From: Chthonomonadales bacterium
GTDB lineage: Bacteria; Armatimonadota; Chthonomonadetes; Chthonomonadales; CAJBBX01
DNA: 15,990 nt
NCBI GenBank assembly: GCA_037443035.1
Contig: JBBIPC010000038.1
Coordinates: 1-15,990, forward strand
Reading direction: 5' to 3'
Shown here piece after piece: positions 8,577-15,990 of this stretch; position 1 is the stretch's first letter; the number at the start of each line of letters is the position of its first letter. The notes under the pieces are model-generated. The model was not told the origin of the DNA, ran no database searches, and saw nothing but the letters and a program-made list of their open reading frames with translations. A program made the translations under genes and the position numbers.

Positions 8577-9368
8577 CTAGGAGTCGTCTGTACTCGGCCT
8601 CCGGGTGACCCACACGTTCACCGTCGAGTCGGCTCCGATCTCTCCACCGTCGAAGTCGCCGTAGCACGCCTCGATCTCGAATCCTGCCGCCTCCAGCTCC
8701 CCTCGCATCTGCTCGGTTTCGATCCAGCACGAGCTGTAGCGTTTGTACTGCCGTCGTACGACAAGACCGTCCCGGTCGAGATAATCCGTCCAGGCGATGA
8801 CGCGGATGGTCTGCTCTTCGAAGTTGTAGAGGCCGCAGGTCCAGAAGAGGGCGTCCTGACCGGTCTCGGGATCCTGGTATTCCGCCTCCAGGTGGGGAAT
8901 GTTATTGTAGCGGGCGGCCAGCTCCGGATCGAACACGAAGTAATCGAAGACGAACCGGCCCCCAGGCACGAGGGAATCGCGGATGCGGGGGAGGACCTGC
9001 CTTCGCACCTCTCCGTCGGCGAACTCGCAGATCGTGTGGAACGGCATGGTGATCAGCATGGCGGGCTGGGGCAGGGCGAACTCCCGAAAATCCGACTGGA
9101 TCAGGGTCAGGCGGTCGAGGACCCCAGCCTGAGCAGCACGTCGTCGGCAGTCGGCCAGCATGCGCCATGAGTTGTCCACGCCGACGATACGTTTGCCTTG
9201 CTTGGCCGCCTCGATGGCGATTCTCCCGGCCCCGATCCCCAGCTCCGCTACGGGGCCAGGACAGGCGAGGTAGAGCTGGACGTAGAACGGCAAGCTCGCG
9301 GCGGCCAAGGGCGAGTCTTCGATGGACTGTTCGTACACGTCGGCGAAATCGTCGTATTCGGCGGTCAT
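8577..9368 (-). CDS. Class I SAM-dependent methyltransferase
   Basis: YDDFADVYE, GPVAELGIGAGRIA (motif I), GVDNS..ML, LVPGGRFVFD and LEAAGFEIEACYGDFD. Start ATG 9368. The ORF-track extension to 10013 is antisense to the next gene. Confidence 0.92.
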   Translation of the reverse strand: MTAEYDDFADVYEQSIEDSPLAAASLPFYVQLYLACPGPVAELGIGAGRIAIEAAKQGKRIVGVDNSWRMLADCRRRAAQAGVLDRLTLIQSDFREFALPQPAMLITMPFHTICEFADGEVRRQVLPRIRDSLVPGGRFVFDYFVFDPELAARYNNIPHLEAEYQDPETGQDALFWTCGLYNFEEQTIRVIAWTDYLDRDGLVVRRQYKRYSSCWIETEQMRGELEAAGFEIEACYGDFDGGEIGADSTVNVWVTRRPSTDDS

Positions 9369-9485
9369 TCCCACAAGCGTCCTTTCTCCCGACCTGTCTC
9401 CAGATCCCACGACTTGATGACGGGATGCAGGGGCGGACCGGGCGTCCATCGCTGAGAGGTAGTACGCTGAGCGGATAGATCGTTC

Positions 9486-9514
9486 CTGCCCGGGTATGGT
9501 CGAGGCGGTATACT
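9486..9514 (+). promoter_or_regulatory. Candidate sigma70-type promoter for the TehB-like methyltransferase
   Basis: TATACT (9509-9514) with a weak -35 (CTGCCC) 17 bp upstream, 30 nt before the ATG. Confidence 0.4.
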
Positions 9515-9544
9515 GCGACCGCATCCGAAGCAGGAAGGAGCGAT

Positions 9545-10180
9545 ATGGAGGATACTGGTCACGCGTCGAGCGTTGTGAACTGGGAAGAGCGCTACGCTGC
9601 CACGAACGGCGCGTACTTCTTCGGCAAGGAACCGAGCGCCCTGGCACATCTTGCGGCGCACTTCTGGCGCCTCTGCCATGGAGAGCGGGCGGCCCGCGTG
9701 GTAGATCTCGGATGCGGCGAAGGACGAGACGCTGTGTTCTTCGCTGAGCACGGTTGGCGTGTAACGGCTCTGGATGCCTCTCCCACGGCGATCCAGCGTG
9801 CCCGAGAACTCGCGGCCGAGCGGGGTGTGCAGTTGGAGGCGACACTCTGCGCGGACCTGAGGGGGTGTCCGGCGTTGGAGACTTTCGACCTCGTTTTCGC
9901 CGGGTGCAGCATCGGAGCGCTCGGCGAAGACGCCATACCGTTTCTGCAACGCCTAAGGGCATCGTCCCCCGTCGGGGCACTGCACGCCATCCGTTCGGCA
10001 ACGCGCGAGGCATGGGGCCACGAGGAGCGCCCCGGCTTCTATCGTTTCGATCGGAACGAGCTGAAGTTCGAGTATCGCGGGTGGCGATTGCTGTACTACG
10101 CCGAAGATCTCCTCTACGTGCCGCACATGGACCGGCTGGCTTCGTTCGCCGACATTATTGCCCAGAAGGTGGCAGAGTAG
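9545..10180 (+). CDS. Class I SAM-dependent methyltransferase (TehB-like)
   Basis: WEERY...YFFGKEPS, VVDLGCGEGRDAVFFAEHGWRVTALDAS, and C-terminal F.RNEL...Y.GWRLLYY.E. AAGGAG SD at 9535-9540. Confidence 0.92.
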   Translation: MEDTGHASSVVNWEERYAATNGAYFFGKEPSALAHLAAHFWRLCHGERAARVVDLGCGEGRDAVFFAEHGWRVTALDASPTAIQRARELAAERGVQLEATLCADLRGCPALETFDLVFAGCSIGALGEDAIPFLQRLRASSPVGALHAIRSATREAWGHEERPGFYRFDRNELKFEYRGWRLLYYAEDLLYVPHMDRLASFADIIAQKVAE

Positions 10181-10309
10181 GCGGCCTCGGGGAGCAAGAG
10201 GGCGGGCACTGGTACCTGCGGGAAATCTTCGCCTCGCTAAAGACGTATGGTGTTCCGGCAGTACCCGTTCGAGGTACCTATCATCACAACCGGGACCATA
10301 GACCATCGC

Positions 10310-11560
10310 ATGCGACGTTCTCCACTCGCTATTCTGTTCATCACTGTCGTCATTGACCTGCTGGGCTTCGGCATGGTGCTTCCACTTCTCCCGCTTTACG
10401 TGGACAAGTTCGGCGGCCGACCAGTCGCGGCAGGCCTAATGGCGACGTCCTACTCCGTCATGCAGTTCCTGTTTGCTCCCATCTGGGGACGGGCATCGGA
10501 CCTCTTGGGCAGACGACCGCTCATTCTGCTGAGTTTGCTAGGCTCCGCACTGTCGTTCTTCTTGTTCGGTGTGGCCCAGGCGCTCTGGGTGCTTTTTGCC
10601 GCTAGGATCGCAGCCGGTATCCTGACCGCCGCCAGCTTGCCGACAGCTCATGCGTATATAGCCGACGTCACGCCGCCTGAGAAGCGGTCCAGGGGGATGG
10701 CCATGATCGGTGTGGCCTTCGGCATCGGTTTCTCGTGCGGACCCATGCTCGGTGGTTGGCTCGGAAGACACTACGGGCTGAGCGTGCCGGCCTTCGCGGT
10801 GGCGGCGATGGCTTTGGCGAACTTCGCCTGGTCCTTCTTCGCGCTACCGGAAAGCCGCTCGGGACGTGGCAGGGCGGAGGAACGTCGGATACGGCTCCTG
10901 GACTCTCGCATGATGGGGGAAGTGCTCCGTACGCCTGGCTTGGGCAAGCTCGTCGCGATGTCCACCGTTGTCACGTTCGGCATGGCAGTCATGGAGAGCA
11001 CATTCACATGGCTGGTGCTGCTGCGTTTCGTCGAGCCGACACTCGGACCTGGCACGGTGCATTCCATTCTCGAACGGGAGGCAGCGGGCGCGGCCAGCCG
11101 TGTCTTCGCCATCGTGGGCATCACATCGGTCATCGCCCAGGGGATGGTGATGGGTGGTATGGCGCAGCGCCTTGGGGAACGTCGCCTGGTCTGGATCGGG
11201 GCGGTGGTACTGGCGGCATCGTTCTACGGCATTGGCGCGGCGAGGACCTTCGGCCAGCTAGAGGTTCTCTCCGCGGCCATGGCGGTGGGGGCGGCCATCC
11301 TGAGCCCCGTGCTTACCGCTCTCATTACGCACTTGACACACGAGGAGAAGCGGGGAGGAGTTCTCGGCGTTCAACAGGGCCTCTCCAGCATGGCTCGGAT
11401 GACGGCACCGCCCCTGGGTGCTTATCTCCTCCAGCGGTTCGGCACCGGTACCCCCTACCTCGTGGCTGGCAGCCTGATGTCCGCCGCTGCGGTTATGGGA
11501 CTAAGAATACCAGAACCCCAGCGGCATACCACGCAAACCGAGACTGCGGAGTCAGCCTGA
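10310..11560 (+). CDS. MFS transporter, DHA1/TetA-like drug:H+ antiporter family
   Basis: LFITVVIDLLGFGMVLPLLP, motif A GRASDLLGRRP, AYIADVTPPEKRSRGM..IG..FGIGF..GP.LGG (motif C-like), and about 12 hydrophobic segments. Confidence 0.93.
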   Translation: MRRSPLAILFITVVIDLLGFGMVLPLLPLYVDKFGGRPVAAGLMATSYSVMQFLFAPIWGRASDLLGRRPLILLSLLGSALSFFLFGVAQALWVLFAARIAAGILTAASLPTAHAYIADVTPPEKRSRGMAMIGVAFGIGFSCGPMLGGWLGRHYGLSVPAFAVAAMALANFAWSFFALPESRSGRGRAEERRIRLLDSRMMGEVLRTPGLGKLVAMSTVVTFGMAVMESTFTWLVLLRFVEPTLGPGTVHSILEREAAGAASRVFAIVGITSVIAQGMVMGGMAQRLGERRLVWIGAVVLAASFYGIGAARTFGQLEVLSAAMAVGAAILSPVLTALITHLTHEEKRGGVLGVQQGLSSMARMTAPPLGAYLLQRFGTGTPYLVAGSLMSAAAVMGLRIPEPQRHTTQTETAESA

Positions 11561-11563
11561 GCG

Positions 11564-12535
11564 TCAGCTAGCCACGTCGGCTCGACGAAACAAGCTGGCG
11601 ACCCGCCGCTCGATCTGTCTTGCCCAACGATAGAGCGTCGCCTGTTGCCGATCCAGCAACGCGATGGGCCAACGACTCTTGGGCAGAGCGGCGTCGTAGT
11701 AGTTCACTTCCCTGCCCGCAAGGGGCAGACGTTCTGGTCGCTGATGAGTACGGAACACGTGATCCCAGAGAGCGTAACCCCATAGCCCCACTATGGCGAG
11801 ATTGCAGCTCGGCCTCCAGTGATGCATGAGATGGAAGCCGTAGACGTAGCGACCCAGTCTACGGGTGGCTCGGCCTTCCACAAGTGGGCGCCAGTATCGC
11901 TCGTAGGGCATATGGAGCAGAGCATGCCACATCTCGTAGCCGATCAGATACAGGGTCGTGGCGGCCAGGACTCCGGTGACCGCGGGTGCGGTGGGCAGCA
12001 GGAGTTTCACGGGCAGACCGAGGATCGGCACGAACAGTGCGTAGAAGATGGAAAGGGCGTACCACGGGAACATGGCGTCCTCTTCCTGCGGCTCTTCGAC
12101 GATAGGAAACCGATTGTGCACTGGCACCATCCGCGCCGGCTCCGTCTGGCGCACGGGCGCTTTGACCGCAGTGAGCTTGTGGTGTTGGGCGTGGGCTTTG
12201 TGCATACTGCCGAGGAACGGGAGGATCGCGGAATGGAGCAGGTAGCGATGGTAGAGATACTCGAAGAGGCTCAGAGGCACGCCGAAGCCCAGCATCCAGA
12301 GCAGCGCCCATCCGGGCCGGGCGATCTCTGAGCGAAAGCTGCCTGGGGCCAACAGCGCGAAGAGACCAAAGACGGTGCCAGCCTGCAAAGCTGTTCCGAG
12401 GAAGAAACGACCGAATGGCACACGATGGCGCGGCGTCGCGGTCGCGGTGAGACCTGAGTCCAATTGTTCTCCTGGGTACCGCGGACCATTGTGCCCGGCG
12501 GTTCTACTGTAACGACGAGTACTCCACTCTGCCAT
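11564..12535 (-). CDS. Fatty-acid hydroxylase / sterol desaturase family membrane di-metal enzyme
   Basis: His boxes EYLYHRYLLH, HAQHH, YEMWHALLH and HLMHH, followed by N....G.....WDHVF.T. Several transmembrane segments. Start uncertain (ATG 12535 or GTG 12541). Confidence 0.82.
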   Translation of the reverse strand: MAEWSTRRYSRTAGHNGPRYPGEQLDSGLTATATPRHRVPFGRFFLGTALQAGTVFGLFALLAPGSFRSEIARPGWALLWMLGFGVPLSLFEYLYHRYLLHSAILPFLGSMHKAHAQHHKLTAVKAPVRQTEPARMVPVHNRFPIVEEPQEEDAMFPWYALSIFYALFVPILGLPVKLLLPTAPAVTGVLAATTLYLIGYEMWHALLHMPYERYWRPLVEGRATRRLGRYVYGFHLMHHWRPSCNLAIVGLWGYALWDHVFRTHQRPERLPLAGREVNYYDAALPKSRWPIALLDRQQATLYRWARQIERRVASLFRRADVAS

Positions 12536-12601
12536 ACGCACAACGGCGGTCCGGAGGTCCCGGTGTGCGTGGCATTGTGCCTTCGCAAGCGGGTACCGCG
12601 C

Positions 12602-13387
12602 TTATTCCACGACTGCGAAAGCTCCGTAACCTACTACGCGGTCGCGTGGTCCGGCGGTGTCGCCCGAGTTACGCAGGTCAATGCGTTCCACGCGAAGACC
12701 ACGGCGCTTGGCGCACAGGAGGAGACCTCGCAGCCCCACTGCACCGCAGGCGTCATAATCCTCTACATCGCCGTACTCTAGGCGTTCGATCGCTGCGGCT
12801 GTGGCCTCGTCGGTTGCCCGCGCCTGTTCGTAGGGGAGATAATGACTGAGATCCGTACTGATCACCAGGAGGGTATCGGCTCCGTTCCACACGGCGTCCA
12901 ATACACGTGCCGTCTCCTCAGGCGTCGCTGCTCCTGTGACGATGGGTACAAGCGAGAACGAGGAAAGGATGACCTGAAGGAACGGCAGTTGGACCTCGAT
13001 ACTATGCTCGTCCGCATGGGCGGCCTCCATGACGGAGACCGGAGGGATGCTCAGTAGCGTATCTACTGTGGTCTGGTCCACCGGAATCTCGCCCAGCGGT
13101 GTGGCAAAGGCCGATGCTCGCGTCACGCCGAGACCGCGAAACGGTACTCGGTGGGAGGGCCCGACGACAGTGACGCGACGGATGGACAGCGCTCCAGAAC
13201 TGATGCGGGAATAGGCTTTGCCGGCCACAGGACCGGAGTAGACGTATCCAGCATGAGGCACGATAATAGCCTTGGGGACGGGCGCCGTTGGCGGAGGCTC
13301 GAGGTAGCGTTGAACCGTCGCCTTGAGCGCAGCCCCGGATGCGGGGTAGAACATACCTGCAACCGCAGGCGGTCGTGTCCTTGCCAT
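12602..13387 (-). CDS. amrB: AmmeMemoRadiSam system protein B (MEMO1 family)
   Basis: RPPAVAGMFYP, IVPHAGYVYSG, GPSH, EHSIEVQLPFLQ, STDLSHY, ACG and NSGD...VVGYGA. AAGGAG SD at 13395-13400. Confidence 0.95.
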   Translation of the reverse strand: MARTRPPAVAGMFYPASGAALKATVQRYLEPPPTAPVPKAIIVPHAGYVYSGPVAGKAYSRISSGALSIRRVTVVGPSHRVPFRGLGVTRASAFATPLGEIPVDQTTVDTLLSIPPVSVMEAAHADEHSIEVQLPFLQVILSSFSLVPIVTGAATPEETARVLDAVWNGADTLLVISTDLSHYLPYEQARATDEATAAAIERLEYGDVEDYDACGAVGLRGLLLCAKRRGLRVERIDLRNSGDTAGPRDRVVGYGAFAVVE

Positions 13388-13416
13388 CGCTGAACTCCTT
13401 GGGGCAACGTACCGAT

Positions 13417-14451
13417 ATGGCTCTGACATTTCAGAATACCGCACCTGCACGCTACTGGCGTCCTGAGCCGCCAGAACATGTCCGCTGCTATCTGTGCCCG
13501 CGTCACTGCCGCATGAAGCCCGGGCAGAGAGGTGCCTGCTTCGTTCGTGCCAACGACAATGGTCGCCTGGTCCTGACTTCCTACGGGCGGGCTTCAGGAT
13601 TGTGCATCGATCCCATGGAGAAGAAGCCCCTCTACCACTTCCTGCCTGGCACGGATATCCTCTCGTTCGGTACGGTGGGCTGCCATCTCGCGTGCCGGTT
13701 CTGCCAGAACTGGCACCTGAGCGCGGCCACCCAGGAGGACGCCCTCAGCTCTGCCGCCGATCCCATGCAGATCGTGCGGGCAGCGTCTCGCTCGGGTTGC
13801 CGCAGCGTGGCGTTCACCTACAACGACCCCATCCCGTCCCTGGAGTTCGTGGTGGATGTGGCATCTGCCTGCAGGGAACATGGTATTCGGACGGTGGCTG
13901 TGACCAACGGGTACATAACGGAAGAGGCACGGTCGGAGTTCTTTGATGTCATGGACGCAGCGAATGTGGACCTCAAGGCATTCACGGATGCGTTCTACAG
14001 GCGCAACTGTGCGGGCAAACTGCAGCCCGTGTTGGATACGCTGCGGTACATCGCGTCTAGGGGCTTGACCTGGCTCGAGGTGACGACGCTCATCATCCCA
14101 GGGGAGAACGATTCGCCAAGCGAGCTGGAACAGCTGTCCGCATGGGTGGCAGAATACCTAGGCAGGACCGTGCCGCTCCACTTCTCGGCCTTTCGTCCCG
14201 CGTATCGCATGACCCATATCCCCCCTACACCTGCTTCGACACTCAGCCGTGCTCGGCGCATCGCCATGGAGGCTGGGCTCCCATATGTCTACACTGGCAA
14301 TGTCTATGACCCACAGGGAAGCGCGACGTACTGCCCATCGTGTGGGACCGCCCTCATCCGCAGAGAGGGCTTCGCATCGAGGATAACGGACTTGGCGTCT
14401 GACGGGAAGTGCCGTCGTTGTCGCACGACCATCGCTGGAGTTTGGAGCTAA
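13417..14451 (+). CDS. amrS: AmmeMemoRadiSam system radical SAM enzyme
   Basis: CYLCPRHC...GACFVR, IDPMEKKPLYHFLPG, GCHLACRFCQNW (CxxxCxxC), AFTYNDP, NVDLKAF, PLHFSAFRP, YVYTGN and C-terminal CPSC...CRRC. Confidence 0.95.
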   Translation: MALTFQNTAPARYWRPEPPEHVRCYLCPRHCRMKPGQRGACFVRANDNGRLVLTSYGRASGLCIDPMEKKPLYHFLPGTDILSFGTVGCHLACRFCQNWHLSAATQEDALSSAADPMQIVRAASRSGCRSVAFTYNDPIPSLEFVVDVASACREHGIRTVAVTNGYITEEARSEFFDVMDAANVDLKAFTDAFYRRNCAGKLQPVLDTLRYIASRGLTWLEVTTLIIPGENDSPSELEQLSAWVAEYLGRTVPLHFSAFRPAYRMTHIPPTPASTLSRARRIAMEAGLPYVYTGNVYDPQGSATYCPSCGTALIRREGFASRITDLASDGKCRRCRTTIAGVWS

Positions 14452-14536
14452 CTCCTCGGTAGCGCCTCCGAGCGACGGACGGTACCACGCGCCAACCAGT
14501 CGGGCACAGAAACTAGACAGGAGGTCGGCAGGAGAG

Positions 14537-15505
14537 ATGCTGACACAGCTCGTTAGAATCGCACTGTTGTCGCTGGCGATAGCATCACCACACGACGCGC
14601 AACAGCAATCGCGTCCACATCGTACGAGCGTCGCTGTCGTTCCGTACACGACCGCAGTCACGTCGTTGCCCGAAATCCCACTCTACGCGGAGGAGTGCAT
14701 TCGAGCAGAACTTGCGGGGACTGGCCGCTGGGATCTGTATCTCGATCCGCGTAGCTCCGAGACGCGGCGGCGCGTACGAGTCGCCACGATGCTGGATGTA
14801 GCGGATGCTGTCCGAGCCGGGCGTGCGCTCGGGGTGGAGAAGGTGGTTACTGGCCAGGTAACGAGCGTGGATGCGAACGTGCGCAAGTCGGAGAGCCGCA
14901 AGAGCACGACATACACGCTGACTGCCACCGTCACCGTGCGACATGTCATGGTGGACGTCGCAACAGGTCGCCCGGAGCGAGAGGAAGTCATCACCGCGTC
15001 GAGCCGGGACACGTCGTCCACTCCACCTTCCCGAACGTTGGAGCTGGACCACCTTCGCAGGGCCTGCGCCGACACGGCGCGGCGCTTCGTGCGCATGCTG
15101 GTGCCCGGTGTCGAGGGGAAGGTCCTTGCGAAGATTCCCGGGAAGGACATGCCTCTCGTTCTGGTCAGTCTGGGCCAAGTACATGGCGTTGGAACAGATC
15201 ACGACTGGGAGTTCTACAGGCTCGAGCCGATCTTGGATGAGAATGGCGCTCCAGTCATCAAGCCCGATGGCGAGAAAGCTACGGCCCTGCGTAAGGTGGC
15301 AGCCATCATGCGACCCGATCACAAGAAACCGACGCCATGCGTGGGACATGCGCGGACCGTCCACGAGGACACTGCCGAACTCGAAGTGGGCTATTACCGC
15401 GGGGAGTTCCTCGGACGGAGGTTCGAAGCCCGTAAGCCGGCCGTGGACGCCATCGAAGTGGGCGATATCGTCCGACCTGTTGCCCGACCGCCCGACGTAC
15501 CATAA
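14537..15505 (+). CDS. Secreted CsgG/HfaB/FlgT-like protein
   Basis: Signal-like N-terminus, then VAVVPY, EL..TGRW, DAVRAGRALGVEKVVTGQVTS and VMVDVATG (CsgG-like fold), followed by EGKVL....VLVSLG..HGV (FlgT-C-like). AGGAG SD at 14530-14534. Confidence 0.65.
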   Translation: MLTQLVRIALLSLAIASPHDAQQQSRPHRTSVAVVPYTTAVTSLPEIPLYAEECIRAELAGTGRWDLYLDPRSSETRRRVRVATMLDVADAVRAGRALGVEKVVTGQVTSVDANVRKSESRKSTTYTLTATVTVRHVMVDVATGRPEREEVITASSRDTSSTPPSRTLELDHLRRACADTARRFVRMLVPGVEGKVLAKIPGKDMPLVLVSLGQVHGVGTDHDWEFYRLEPILDENGAPVIKPDGEKATALRKVAAIMRPDHKKPTPCVGHARTVHEDTAELEVGYYRGEFLGRRFEARKPAVDAIEVGDIVRPVARPPDVP

Positions 15506-15527
15506 CGGGCGGCAAGAACCGCTCGTT
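15504..15527 (+). terminator. Stop-proximal hairpin, putative terminator (weak U-tract)
   Basis: AACGGGCGG-caagaa-CCGCTCGTT forms a 9-bp stem with one G-U pair and overlaps the TAA stop. Confidence 0.5.
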
Positions 15528-15560
15528 CGATCCTCCGTTACGTTCCGTTCTGTACTGATG

Positions 15561-15990
15561 CAGTGCCGTTGTTGGGTCAATGGGCATTGGCGGGGTCCTG
15601 CTCTGAGCAAAGATGGGGTGCGGACGGGCGGTTTTCCGCGGCTGAAGGGCAGTTTGGGAGGGTGTTTGGGGGCTGGAGAGGTGGTCAGGCGAGCTGAGGC
15701 GTTGGCAAGGCGTGGTGAGACGGCGGCGGGGCGCACCGTCGCGGATTCATCCAGGCTAGATCGCCGAAGTGATGCAGCACTATCCAGGCTGGGGAGCCAG
15801 CGCGGCACGCATCAGAGCGATCCGGACGCTGACGAGAAGGCCGTCGAACACGCCAGGAGCGCGGAAGACGGTGCGGCGTGCATGGCGCACGATCAGCACG
15901 TGCACGGAGATCAGCGCCAGCACGGGATGCTGATCCATCCGGCCCGGGTTCCCGCCCTTGCCAACATGCTCATTCACCGAGGCCAGAACG
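15561..15990 (-). mobile_element. Possible right end of an insertion sequence
   Basis: CAGTGCCGTT at 15561 resembles CA-initiated terminal inverted repeats of IS4-like elements. It bounds a strand-skewed non-coding tail of about 220 bp behind the truncated ORF. The partner repeat is not in the window. Confidence 0.25.
15780..15990 (-). CDS. 3' end of an edge-truncated ORF, possibly a (degenerate) DDE transposase
   Basis: This is the only minus frame open from the window edge for a useful length (..VLASVNEHVGKGGNPGRMDQHPVLALISVHVLIVRHARR..PQPG*), and its codons are mostly G/C-ending. Transposase likeness is weak. Confidence 0.4.
   Translation of the reverse strand, partial: VLASVNEHVGKGGNPGRMDQHPVLALISVHVLIVRHARRTVFRAPGVFDGLLVSVRIALMRAALAPQPG

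Noticed and set aside
9369..10013. Apparent 214-aa N-terminal extension of the left methyltransferase
   Set aside because: It overlaps the divergent TehB-like gene, and the family N-terminus begins at ATG 9368.
10240..10300. Fluoride or guanidine-I riboswitch before the MFS gene (ATGGTGTTC word)
   Set aside because: The downstream conserved elements of both classes are absent.
6346..14486. Recurrent GGTACC / GGGTACCGCG words in several spacers
   Set aside because: They also occur inside CDSs, with inconsistent orientation and spacing, so enrichment cannot be shown by eye.
14585..15808. 407-aa minus-strand ORF
   Set aside because: Mostly antisense to the CsgG-like gene, which has an SD, a signal-like N-terminus and a recognisable fold. 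Its own N-terminal part is low-complexity Pro/Ser/Arg.

Overview
GC-rich bacterial chromosomal window with 13 complete protein-coding genes and one edge-truncated ORF. No rRNA, tRNA or CRISPR array is visible. The left half is a minus-strand gene run: URO-D/MtaA-family protein > DUF1573 protein > UshA-like (degenerate metallophosphatase) tetraheme cytochrome c > GH123-like DUF4091 glycoside hydrolase > AmpD-like amidase. The first three are joined by ATGA overlaps. To the right are a YyaL/DUF255 thioredoxin-domain protein, a divergent pair of class I SAM methyltransferases, a TetA-like MFS exporter, a fatty-acid hydroxylase/sterol desaturase family protein, a very tightly divergent amrB/amrS (MEMO + radical SAM) pair with no amrA in the window, and a secreted CsgG/FlgT-like protein. 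The right edge may be the end of an insertion sequence. The best candidates for uncharacterised biology are the coupled DUF1573 + pseudo-phosphatase multiheme cytochrome module (both carry CxC motifs) and the amrA-less amrB/amrS locus. All product calls come from motif recognition, not database searches, and start codons were re-chosen by eye.
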